Shown: in pieces, positions 9,104 to 17,805 of the stretch
Position numbering within the stretch: position 1 is the stretch's first letter
Layout of the letters: each line of letters opens with the position of its first letter
Assembly: GCF_000018105.1 (NCBI RefSeq)
Contig: NC_009925.1
Location: forward strand, 5,940,001-5,972,000
From: Acaryochloris marina MBIC11017
GTDB taxonomy: Bacteria > Cyanobacteriota > Cyanobacteriia > Thermosynechococcales > Thermosynechococcaceae
Reading direction: 5' to 3'
DNA length: 32,000 nucleotides
Program-made: the position numbers and the translations under genes
The notes under the pieces: model-generated
Seen by the model: only the letters and a program-made list of their open reading frames with translations
What the model was told of the DNA's origin: nothing
Databases searched by the model: none

Positions 9104-12100
9104 CTATTGCAATATCGGCACCACAGGCTGCAAGGGGAATTGGAGGATAAAGGTTGCCCCTTTACCTGGGGCGGATGTGCACGTCAGGGTTCCCCCATAG
9201 CTTTCGATAACTTTGCGACATAATGCCAATCCAATTCCTGTCCCTGGGTATTGATTGGAATAATGCAAGCGTTGAAACATGACAAAAACACGCTCCAAAG
9301 AGTCTTCAGGAATTCCAATTCCATTATCCTTAACCAAGATTGTCCAAGATTCAGGTTGTTGTTCTGCAGAGATCTGAATCCGCGGTGGAGTAGAAGAGCG
9401 AAACTTGATGGCATTATTGATTAGATTTTCAAAAACTTGAGTAATCTCTACGGTATGGGCATGAATAGAGGGGAGTGAGTCAAATTCAATAACAGCCTGA
9501 CTTTCTTCTATCGCTAAACTTAAATCGGATTGCACAATTTCGATCACGTGTTTCAAATCGATCAACTCTAGGGGTTGGTCGCTTCGTCCAACCCGAGAGT
9601 ATTGCAGCACATCTTGAATGAGACATTGCATCCGCTGTGCCCCTGACATGATGTACCCAAAGTATCGGCTTTGATCTTGATCCAGCTTTGTCGATAAATC
9701 GTCTTGTAACAGCTCGGCAAAACTTTGGATTTTACGGAGCGGTTCCCGTAAATCGTGGGAAGCGATATAGGCAAACTGCTCTAGCTCCTGATTCGATCGT
9801 TGTAGCTCTTGAATCGCTTGCTCTAATCTCTTTTGAGAATGCTTGATATCGGAAATATCCATACAGGAACAAATCAAACCAGCAAACTGATCGGCTGCTA
9901 TCCTAGGGACTCCCGTTGCCAAAATCCAACGATAGACGCCATCTGCTCTGGCTTGTCGAAATTCCTGCTCAAAGGGACATTGTTGAGCACAGCTCTCTTG
10001 GAATAAGGTTTTTACTCGATCACGATCCTCTGGATGAATGGTCTCTAGCCATCCGTCACCCAGTTGGGACTCCAAAGATTGGCCGGTCAAATTCTCCCAG
10101 GTTTGATTGACATAGGTACAGTTCCCTTGAGCATCACTGAGCCAGATTAAAACTGGAGCATTGTCTGCTAGGGAGTAAAATCGAGCCTCACTTTCTTGTA
10201 AATTACCTTCAATGGTATGTAAAGAGGCATCTTTTTCAGCTAAATCAGCTTCCAGATTGAGGTTGGATAATTCTAAAGCTGCTTCGGCTTGTTTCTGTAG
10301 GCTGATATCAATACAAGACCCAATCATGCCGGCAAATTCCCCTGTGGGTAGAAATCGAGGCTTGGCGGTATCTAAGATCCAACAATAGGTGCCGTTGCGA
10401 TCGCATCGTCGATACTCTAAACGCAAGGGCTGGCGTTCGGTAACGGCCTGTTGGTAAGCCGCCACACTTTCCTCTAAATCCTCCGGGTGAATTCTATCTT
10501 GCCAACCTCGTTCTAACGCTTGTTCTAGAGAATCCCCGGTAAACCTCAGCCACTCTTGATTCAGATAAGTGCAATGTCCTGGAGCTTCCGTGAGCCAGAT
10601 CATCACAGGTGCATGGTCCGCCATGGAGCGAAATCGCTGTTCGCTCTCTAGTCTCGCAGCTTCTGCCAATTTGCGTTGGCTAATATCGACCGAAACCACT
10701 AAGCATCGAGACACTTCTCCTAGATCATCACGCTCGGCAATCATTGATTGCAACACATCAATGATCTCACCTGATTTGGTCTGTATCTGCATCGGTATAT
10801 CAATGCTCAAACCAGACTCTAGAAAACGCGGCCATAGCTTTTGAAACCGCTTTTGGGACTCTAGGTTGAGAAATATATCGACGGTTGCCCCCAACGTCAT
10901 ATTGCGGGGATACCCTAATTTGGAGAGCCAGAAATTACTGACTTCTATAATCACTCCTCGAGCATCCAAGGAGTACATCATCACCGGGGTTTCATGGTAG
11001 AGCTGCTGATAGCGCTCTTGAAAAACCTCTAGGGTATCCTGGGCTAGCTTGGCTTTAATGCGCTGAGATTGGAGTTCAATCTGGACCTTGCGAGTGGCCG
11101 TAATATCAATAATTGACATCACCACTCCCTGTTGCTCATTATCGTTATCCACATAGGGATGGATCCGAATCAGCAAGTGTTGTCCATGGGCGTTAATTTC
11201 CTGCTCGGTGACTTTGCCAGTGCGGGCTGTTTCCGAGAGGACTTCAATCAACGAGGGATAGTTGACATTGATGGCTAAATTTCGAATCGGACGCCCCACA
11301 TCCGTGGGTAGAAATTGAAAAATTTGATTCGCAGCGGGGGTAAATTTCCGCACTTGCAAACTCTGGTCTAGAAACACCACGCCAATTTCTGTGCTGCGGA
11401 ACAGGTTATCAATGTCATTACTCAGAGCTGTCAATTCCTGAATTTTAGATTGATGTTCATTATTAACGGTGTACAGTTCTTCGTTGACGGCATGTAGTTC
11501 TTCATTGGTACTCTGCAGCTCTTCATTAGAGGCAATCAGTTCCTCGTTAGTAGCCTGCTGCTCTTCATTGGTACTTTCTAACTCCTCAATGGTGGCCTGT
11601 AGATTTTCGCGAGTATAAGACAGTTCCAACTCCAGCTGCTCAATCCGGTTGATCACCTCCGTACTACTTTCTACAGCCTGATCTTGTGCAGGGGGAGAAT
11701 TGCGGGAGCTAGCGGAGATCTCAAGTCTCAAGAACATCGATTCTCGGCAATTGGATTGGCAGGGGCTAACCTTGAACCTTAAGTCAAGCGGTCCATCCTT
11801 GTGCTCCCACAAGAGGCTGCTAAACTGTACTGGCTGCTTTTCTCGAAGGACTCGACTCATCGCCGAGATAAAGGGCAAATGCATCACCTCGGGGAGCAAG
11901 GATCTGACATTTTCAGTGGCTGGCCCCTCTGGGATACGTAAAATATCCAGGTGATCGGCACAAACCCGAAGTAACTTCTCGTCCGTATCCAGCAACAGAC
12001 AAGTCATGTTCAGTTCTTCAAGATGGGCTTTAAACGCATTCTCAGTCAGAGGGTCAGCTTGACGGCGGTAGCGAGGATCTCGCCCCGACACGACTGGTGT

Positions 12101-13612
12101 AGCAATCGTTTTAGTTCGAAAATAGTTTAGATTCAGGCGTTGATCCCTGAATTTCGAAAATATCTTATTTTTAGAATGTAAAACCTCAAATTCAGGCTCT
12201 AGTTCACCTAGGTCTTCAGAGGTTCCCAATAATAGAACTCCGCCCTTATTTAGGGAAAAATGCAGATTGCGCAGTACATACTGCTGCAAAGTAGGCTGCA
12301 TATAGATCAGCACATTCCGACAGCACACGACATTCATGCGGGTCAGACTGGCATTTTTGGTTAAATCATGGGGCGAGAAAATCAGCATTTCTCGCAAGGT
12401 TCGTTTAATCGTGAAGTGACCGTTATTGTAGGTGAAATATTTCTGCAGCCGGTCTACACTCACATAATCCGCAATAGACTCATCAAAGCTCCCTAATGCA
12501 GCTTTGTCTAGAGCAGTCTGATCGATGTCTGTTGCAAAGAGCTTAATGGGCATCTGTCGTCCCAGTTCCTCGCACAGCTCTCGAACAATAATCGCCATGG
12601 AATAAGCTTCCTGACCTGTCGCGCAGGCGGTTACCCATATCCTTAAGGTTTCTGCTGCGGGAAAATCTGCAATGATAGGACGCAAAACCTTATCTTTTAG
12701 GTATTCCCAAACCTTCTCATCTCGAAAGAATTGGGTGACATTAATCAGTAAATCCCGGCGTAGTAGGGAACGTTCATCGGCAGATTCGGTTAAGAGGCTG
12801 GCATAGTCGTTCAGTGAATTGTTTTGGGTTAAGAGTCGGCGGCGTTCGACTCGGCGGCCCAGAGTGGATGGTTTATATTGGGAAAAATCGATATCTTCAT
12901 GCTTGGCTAGCAACTCTACAATTTTTTGGAGTTGATGGGCTTCTGCACCTAAGTTGCTGCTAAATTTCACTAAATCTGCTGGAACGATGGCAGGATTTCC
13001 TAAATCGTTCACCATTTGCGCCAGAACTTTTGGAGCTTCTACATAATCAATACATCCAGTACTGATAGCGGTATGGGGCATACCATCGAATTCAGCCGTA
13101 TTGGGGTCTTGAACTAACGTAATCCCCCCACTTTCATGGATATGTTGGAGCCCATGGGTACCGTCGCTCCCTGTACCAGAGAGAACAATACCAATAGCAC
13201 GTTCTTGAATATCATCTGCCAAGGACTGAAAAAATAAATTAATAGGAAAGTTCGGCTTTTGGTCTCGCTTCTGGCGATAGAGGTAAAGGCAACGGTCCCG
13301 AACAATCATATTTTGACCTGCCGGGATCAAATAGATTGAATTGGGCTGAAGTGCCATCCCTTCTTCTGCAATCTGAATGCCCATTTGGGTACGACGGCCC
13401 AAAATTTCATTCATTAAACTCTTAAAATCTGGGGACAAATGTTGAATAACAACAAAAGCCACCCCCGAGTCAGGAATTATATTTTCAAAGAAAACTTCAA
13501 GAGGCTTCAGGCCACCTGCGGATGCTCCAACGGCAACGACATAGAATGAAGGAGCAATAGTGTTTAGCGTATTTGAATCAGCATTTAGGGATGGGTGATC
13601 GTTAGAATTCAT
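9104..13612 (-). CDS. CheB methylesterase - CheR methyltransferase - multi-PAS - HisKA/HATPase hybrid sensor kinase (1502 aa)
   Basis: The N-terminus has CheB motifs ([28 protein letters not shown]). A CheR SAM-methyltransferase region follows ([26 protein letters not shown]). Then come a NEEL coiled coil, several PAS/PAC units (IHPEDL x2), the H-box [16 protein letters not shown], and the N/G boxes NLINNAIKF and DNGIGI...GTGIGLALC. Confidence 0.9.
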   Translation of the reverse strand: MNSNDHPSLNADSNTLNTIAPSFYVVAVGASAGGLKPLEVFFENIIPDSGVAFVVIQHLSPDFKSLMNEILGRRTQMGIQIAEEGMALQPNSIYLIPAGQNMIVRDRCLYLYRQKRDQKPNFPINLFFQSLADDIQERAIGIVLSGTGSDGTHGLQHIHESGGITLVQDPNTAEFDGMPHTAISTGCIDYVEAPKVLAQMVNDLGNPAIVPADLVKFSSNLGAEAHQLQKIVELLAKHEDIDFSQYKPSTLGRRVERRRLLTQNNSLNDYASLLTESADERSLLRRDLLINVTQFFRDEKVWEYLKDKVLRPIIADFPAAETLRIWVTACATGQEAYSMAIIVRELCEELGRQMPIKLFATDIDQTALDKAALGSFDESIADYVSVDRLQKYFTYNNGHFTIKRTLREMLIFSPHDLTKNASLTRMNVVCCRNVLIYMQPTLQQYVLRNLHFSLNKGGVLLLGTSEDLGELEPEFEVLHSKNKIFSKFRDQRLNLNYFRTKTIATPVVSGRDPRYRRQADPLTENAFKAHLEELNMTCLLLDTDEKLLRVCADHLDILRIPEGPATENVRSLLPEVMHLPFISAMSRVLREKQPVQFSSLLWEHKDGPLDLRFKVSPCQSNCRESMFLRLEISASSRNSPPAQDQAVESSTEVINRIEQLELELSYTRENLQATIEELESTNEEQQATNEELIASNEELQSTNEELHAVNEELYTVNNEHQSKIQELTALSNDIDNLFRSTEIGVVFLDQSLQVRKFTPAANQIFQFLPTDVGRPIRNLAINVNYPSLIEVLSETARTGKVTEQEINAHGQHLLIRIHPYVDNDNEQQGVVMSIIDITATRKVQIELQSQRIKAKLAQDTLEVFQERYQQLYHETPVMMYSLDARGVIIEVSNFWLSKLGYPRNMTLGATVDIFLNLESQKRFQKLWPRFLESGLSIDIPMQIQTKSGEIIDVLQSMIAERDDLGEVSRCLVVSVDISQRKLAEAARLESEQRFRSMADHAPVMIWLTEAPGHCTYLNQEWLRFTGDSLEQALERGWQDRIHPEDLEESVAAYQQAVTERQPLRLEYRRCDRNGTYCWILDTAKPRFLPTGEFAGMIGSCIDISLQKQAEAALELSNLNLEADLAEKDASLHTIEGNLQESEARFYSLADNAPVLIWLSDAQGNCTYVNQTWENLTGQSLESQLGDGWLETIHPEDRDRVKTLFQESCAQQCPFEQEFRQARADGVYRWILATGVPRIAADQFAGLICSCMDISDIKHSQKRLEQAIQELQRSNQELEQFAYIASHDLREPLRKIQSFAELLQDDLSTKLDQDQSRYFGYIMSGAQRMQCLIQDVLQYSRVGRSDQPLELIDLKHVIEIVQSDLSLAIEESQAVIEFDSLPSIHAHTVEITQVFENLINNAIKFRSSTPPRIQISAEQQPESWTILVKDNGIGIPEDSLERVFVMFQRLHYSNQYPGTGIGLALCRKVIESYGGTLTCTSAPGKGATFILQFPLQPVVPILQ
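11432..11599 (-). repeat. In-frame 21-nt (heptad) repeat array encoding EExx[AS][ST]N units
   Basis: My translation gives [56 protein letters not shown], starting at about aa 672 of the 1502-aa protein. It is coding periodicity, not a CRISPR or VNTR. Confidence 0.9.
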
Positions 13613-13833
13613 TATTTAGAAAATCCATTCCGATTGGCCTAAAACTCCACAAAAAAGAAGTGTAGAGATACTAATAGAAAATATTAACTATAGATGCCAA
13701 ATCTCGATATAAATTGCTTTGGGTTTGCGCACATTCTAAAACAACATTAATTGCTTTGGCAGTTAACTGAAGATTCTTTTAACCCAGTATCTAAAACAAT
13801 CATAGTCTTTACTTTTAGCTGCTGACTGGACTT

Positions 13834-13870
13834 AACATTTATATAGAAATTCTATATTGCTTTAAATGTT
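13834..13870. promoter_or_regulatory. Nested palindrome in the divergent control region between the CheB-CheR kinase and the phytochrome
   Basis: The outer 8-bp arms are AACATTTA (13834..13841) and TAAATGTT (13863..13870). They enclose a perfect 7-1-7 palindrome, TATAGAA-A-TTCTATA (13842..13856). Confidence 0.4.
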
Positions 13871-14223
13871 GACAAGAGTAAAAAGCTGAGATTTTTTTTT
13901 ACTTGTGGTGTTCCCTAACTTATTTTCAAAGAATAATCATCTTCTCTCTGAATTTGCTATGTGCAATGAGATATTTTTATCCCATCTATCTAAATAAAAC
14001 ATAAATAATAAAAGAAAAGTAAAGTCTGCTCGTCAAACAAGTTACGGGACTAAAATTGCTTCATCACCTAATCCCTTATGATGACGATAGACGCCCCAAA
14101 AATTAGGTTCAATTGTCTTAAAGAGTGGTAAGTATTTTTGCTCTTTGGCAAAAAAATAGATGTTCAATCGGTTCAGTTATCTTACTTATTTGAGGTTGCA
14201 TTATTGATGCATTCAGTTAAGGT

Positions 14224-16767
14224 ATGGAAATTAGAGAACTAGCGATTTCTAATTGCGATCGCGAGCCCGTTCATATTCCGGGTCGCATCCAAATCTTTGG
14301 GGCTCTGATTGCTACAGATAAGCATCTTGAGTCCATCACTCATGTTTCCAGTAATATCAGTGATTTTTTGGGAGTCACCCCTGCGGATGCTCTAGGACAA
14401 TCTCTCAGTATTTTGCTGCCAGAAGAGGTGATTCATACCCTCAGAAATATCGCAGGCCATCCCACCATCGCAACTCATCGGGAGCGAGCAGGGGTCTATC
14501 CACTCCATCAGTCCATGCTAGATATAAGTTTGCATCGATTGGGGCCTCATTTTCTAATTGAACTAGAGTCAGTTCCCTCGGCACAGCTCAACAGCCAATC
14601 CGCTTTTACTAAAATCCAAATGCTTCTGGCCCGTCTGCAAGATGAAACGGCAACCTCAGCCCTACTGCAACTAGCCGTCAAAGACTTGCAGCAAGTGACA
14701 GAGTTCGATCGAGTTATGGCGTATCAATTTCTACCCGATGGGGCTGGGGAAGTTGTCGCCGAAGCCATGGTAGATGAGTTGGAACCCAATCTTGGCCTCA
14801 GATACCCCGCTTCAGATATCCCTCAACAGGTCCGTGGGATTGCCTTAAAGATGCCTATCCGTGCGATCTCCGATATTGATGCTCCCACCGCCGACTTAAT
14901 TGCCGCCGATCCAACCGCAGATCCCCTAGACCTTACCCTGACCCATGTGCGGGCTGTATCTCCCATTCATCTGGAGTATTTAGCCAATATGGGGGTTCAA
15001 TCCTCCATGAATGTGGCCATTATTGTCCATAGGGAACTATGGGGGCTTTTTGCGTTTCACCACAACAGTGTCAAATTATTGCCCCCTGATTACCGATCCA
15101 TCTGCGATTTGTTTGGCCAACTTTTTTCCCTCAAATTCCAGTTGGTTTTGGAAGAAGAGCGGTTCAATAACCGCAAACACATTATTTCAGCGATCTCTCA
15201 GATCACCCAAAAACTGACGAGCAGTGGCAGTTTTACGCTAACCATACAAACTTTAGGGCCACAACTCTGCTCCATGCTCTCGGCCCAGGGGTTGGCCGTT
15301 ATTGACAAGCAAGAGATTCAAACCTATGGGGATGTTCCAGCGCTCGATATCATTCAAGAACTGGTTCATCAGGTTCAAACCCATCCCAGTCCTGAACTGG
15401 TGCCCCTAGAAAACCTATCCCACCTCGACCGTATCGATGCAAACCAACTGGGTAAAACGGCCGGTGCCCTCTGCCTTGGTATATCCCCCCTCGACGAAGT
15501 CTTCGTTATTTTCTTTCGCAATGAAATTATCCATGAAGTTCGCTGGGCCGGATCGCCAGAAAAACAGATAGTCGAAGGGCCAAACGGCCCCCGATTACTC
15601 CCCCGTTCCTCCTTTGCAGAGTATCGGGAAACGGTTGCAGGCCAATGCCAATCTTGGTCGTCCCTCGACACAGAAGCGGCCTTGGAATTGCGGACTGGGC
15701 TAATGCAGCTAGCGATCAGTCAAGGAGAAAACCAGCAGCAGGAATGGTTAAGACAACAGCGACAACAAGATCTCTTAATTGCTGAACTTAACCACCGCGT
15801 TAAAAATATTCTGGCCTTAATCCGGTCCATCTCCCGCCAAACCCGCCACTCCACTACTTCCGTCGAGGAATATACCTTACTGTTAGACCGCCGCATTGAA
15901 GCTCTAGCCCATGCCCATGATTTGGTGTCTGGGCATGGCTTGGAATGGCCCAATCTACAAAACTTGTTAACAACTGGACTCCGGCCTTACCTAGCAAAAC
16001 CCAAGCACCAAGTTAGTTTCTCTGGCCCAGAAGTGGGGTTAAAAGCCAACTTTGTTCCCATGTTTGCCTTAGTCATTCATGAACTGATGACGAACTCTGC
16101 CAAGTATGGGGCTTTATCAGTTCCTACCGGAAAAGTTGATGTCTGTTGGCGGGAACAGGATGGAGGGTTGGCATTTGATTGGGAGGAATCGGATGGACCG
16201 ACCGTCTTGCCGCCCCAGCGTAAGGGGTTTGGACAGACGTTAATCGAGCGAGCAATACCGTTTGAGTTTGAAGGAGAGGCAACGCTTCGCTTCCTCCACA
16301 CAGGCATTCAAGTCAATTTTTGGCTGCCTGCCCACCTGATCCTGCTCCAGAATGACCCATCAGAAATTTCCCCTCCTTCAATGTCCACCCCCCAGAACGA
16401 GGAGGAGCCTGACATTGCTCCTGGTACGGTTCTTCTTGTTGAAGACAACATGTTACTGGCCCTCGAAATGGAAAATCTTCTAGAGTCTTTAGGATTTAGC
16501 GATATAGATACGGCCCCCAGGGTCAAGCAGGCCATTAAACTCCTAGACCAAAAGCAATACATCATGGGTATATTAGACATCAACCTCAAGGACGAGAATA
16601 GCTTTGGCGTAGCAGAAGAACTGATCAAGCGACGAATACCATTCCTATTTACGACTGGCTATAATTCCAAATTTACTCTTCCAGAATCTCTAGCCACAGT
16701 CCCCATGCTCAAGAAGCCCATTGATGGGAATCAATTAAACAACACCATTCATCAACTCTTAGCCTAA
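14224..16767 (+). CDS. Bacteriophytochrome (PAS-GAF-PHY) with HWE-type histidine kinase and C-terminal receiver
   Basis: There is an N-terminal Cys in SNCDREPVHIPG (Cys11, 14254..14256) and the DIP motif YPASDIPQQVR. SPIHLEYLANMGV has no GAF Cys, and LWGLFAFHH follows. The PHY tongue has WAGSPEK and PRSSF. The HWE signature is ELNHRVKN plus FDWEESDGP...KGFGQTLIE. The receiver has LLVEDN...ILDINL...KKP. Confidence 0.9.
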   Translation: MEIRELAISNCDREPVHIPGRIQIFGALIATDKHLESITHVSSNISDFLGVTPADALGQSLSILLPEEVIHTLRNIAGHPTIATHRERAGVYPLHQSMLDISLHRLGPHFLIELESVPSAQLNSQSAFTKIQMLLARLQDETATSALLQLAVKDLQQVTEFDRVMAYQFLPDGAGEVVAEAMVDELEPNLGLRYPASDIPQQVRGIALKMPIRAISDIDAPTADLIAADPTADPLDLTLTHVRAVSPIHLEYLANMGVQSSMNVAIIVHRELWGLFAFHHNSVKLLPPDYRSICDLFGQLFSLKFQLVLEEERFNNRKHIISAISQITQKLTSSGSFTLTIQTLGPQLCSMLSAQGLAVIDKQEIQTYGDVPALDIIQELVHQVQTHPSPELVPLENLSHLDRIDANQLGKTAGALCLGISPLDEVFVIFFRNEIIHEVRWAGSPEKQIVEGPNGPRLLPRSSFAEYRETVAGQCQSWSSLDTEAALELRTGLMQLAISQGENQQQEWLRQQRQQDLLIAELNHRVKNILALIRSISRQTRHSTTSVEEYTLLLDRRIEALAHAHDLVSGHGLEWPNLQNLLTTGLRPYLAKPKHQVSFSGPEVGLKANFVPMFALVIHELMTNSAKYGALSVPTGKVDVCWREQDGGLAFDWEESDGPTVLPPQRKGFGQTLIERAIPFEFEGEATLRFLHTGIQVNFWLPAHLILLQNDPSEISPPSMSTPQNEEEPDIAPGTVLLVEDNMLLALEMENLLESLGFSDIDTAPRVKQAIKLLDQKQYIMGILDINLKDENSFGVAEELIKRRIPFLFTTGYNSKFTLPESLATVPMLKKPIDGNQLNNTIHQLLA

Positions 16768-16781
16768 AAGGATCTGGACAA

Positions 16782-17189
16782 TTGGCTAATATCCTGATAT
16801 TTGAAGACGATTTAATACTGGCAGAGTCTTGGCACAAAACCCTTAGTGCTCAAGGGCACCAGGTTGAACATACCACCAATGTCGATACGGCAATGTCCAA
16901 AATTTATGAAGGATATCTAGACATTGCTTTCATCGATATTTTTATTCAAAAGAACAATCAAGAGAGTCTTAGGGGAGGGATTTTGCTGATTTCCAAAATC
17001 AACATGCTCTCCCTAGGGTATAAACCATGGCTTATTGCCATTAGTGGACGTTCTCATGATCCCAGTTGTTCAGTCTTAGAAATTGCCAAGACAGTCGGTG
17101 CAGATGAATATCTGAAGAAACCGATCGATTTGGAGGAGTTAATTGCTGCAGTCGAACGAGTGACAAGTGCCCAGGTCAAAGAGCAGTAG
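16782..17189 (+). CDS. Single-domain response-regulator receiver (CheY-like)
   Basis: TTG start 14 nt after the phytochrome stop. Motifs are ILIFEDD, IAFIDIF and YLKKP. No output domain. Confidence 0.8.
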   Translation: MANILIFEDDLILAESWHKTLSAQGHQVEHTTNVDTAMSKIYEGYLDIAFIDIFIQKNNQESLRGGILLISKINMLSLGYKPWLIAISGRSHDPSCSVLEIAKTVGADEYLKKPIDLEELIAAVERVTSAQVKEQ

Positions 17190-17216
17190 ATCGGCTCAAG
17201 TCAGTCTGTGATCTCG

Positions 17217-17645
17217 TTACATATCATGGGGAGGCAACTTTACAATCGTAAACCAAAAGTCCTCCAGTAAATTGACCACCTTAACCAATCCCTTCAGTCC
17301 CACTGGTTTGGTGACATACGCATTTGCCCCGATCTTATAACTCTTCAGAATATCTTCATCTGCGTCTGATGTTGTCAGTACGACCACTGGTATTTGCTTA
17401 AACCGATCACTCTCTTGCATATCAGTCAATACTTCTCGGCCATCCTTGCGCGGTAAGTTGAGATCAAGCAACATCAAATCGGGAGTCCTTGCTGTCTCAA
17501 ATTCCCCTTTTTTTTGTAGATAGTCCAAAGCTTCTATACCATCTCTAACCACATTAACTCTGAGGGCAACTTTTGAACGATTAAAGGCTTCCAAGGTGAG
17601 TTCTATATCCCCCTCATCATCCTCCACCAGCAAGATTTCAATCAT
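17217..17645 (-). CDS. Single-domain response regulator, Rcp1-like (phytochrome-associated type)
   Basis: Motifs are ILLVEDDEGD, DLMLLDLNLPRKDGREVL, PVVVLTTS and NAYVTKP. The Rcp-typical C-terminus FWFTIVKLPP is present. Confidence 0.88.
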   Translation of the reverse strand: MIEILLVEDDEGDIELTLEAFNRSKVALRVNVVRDGIEALDYLQKKGEFETARTPDLMLLDLNLPRKDGREVLTDMQESDRFKQIPVVVLTTSDADEDILKSYKIGANAYVTKPVGLKGLVKVVNLLEDFWFTIVKLPPHDM

Positions 17646-17805
17646 CTATTGCACCAAAGTTTAAACTCGGCTAGCTATTCAATATCATAAACAAATTTAT
17701 AAAAATCGCATGAATTATAATTTATTGGCCAGATAAATTTAATTATGGATGATTTTGACGGTCATTTAACGAATTAAGGATTCTTTGAAGGCTTTATAAA
17801 AAATT

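Noticed and set aside
11432-11599. 21-nt periodic repeat as a possible CRISPR/VNTR
   Set aside because: It is in frame inside a 1502-aa ORF and encodes coiled-coil heptads. There is no spacer/repeat organisation.
9184-13305. Short ORFs inside or antisense to the CheB-CheR kinase gene (e.g. 9184..9414-, 10569..10844+, 11700..11954+)
   Set aside because: These are off-frame or antisense shadows of a gene with continuous domain evidence.
15011-16628. ORFs overlapping the phytochrome gene on both strands
   Set aside because: Same reasoning: the 847-aa frame carries uninterrupted PAS-GAF-PHY-HWE-REC motifs.
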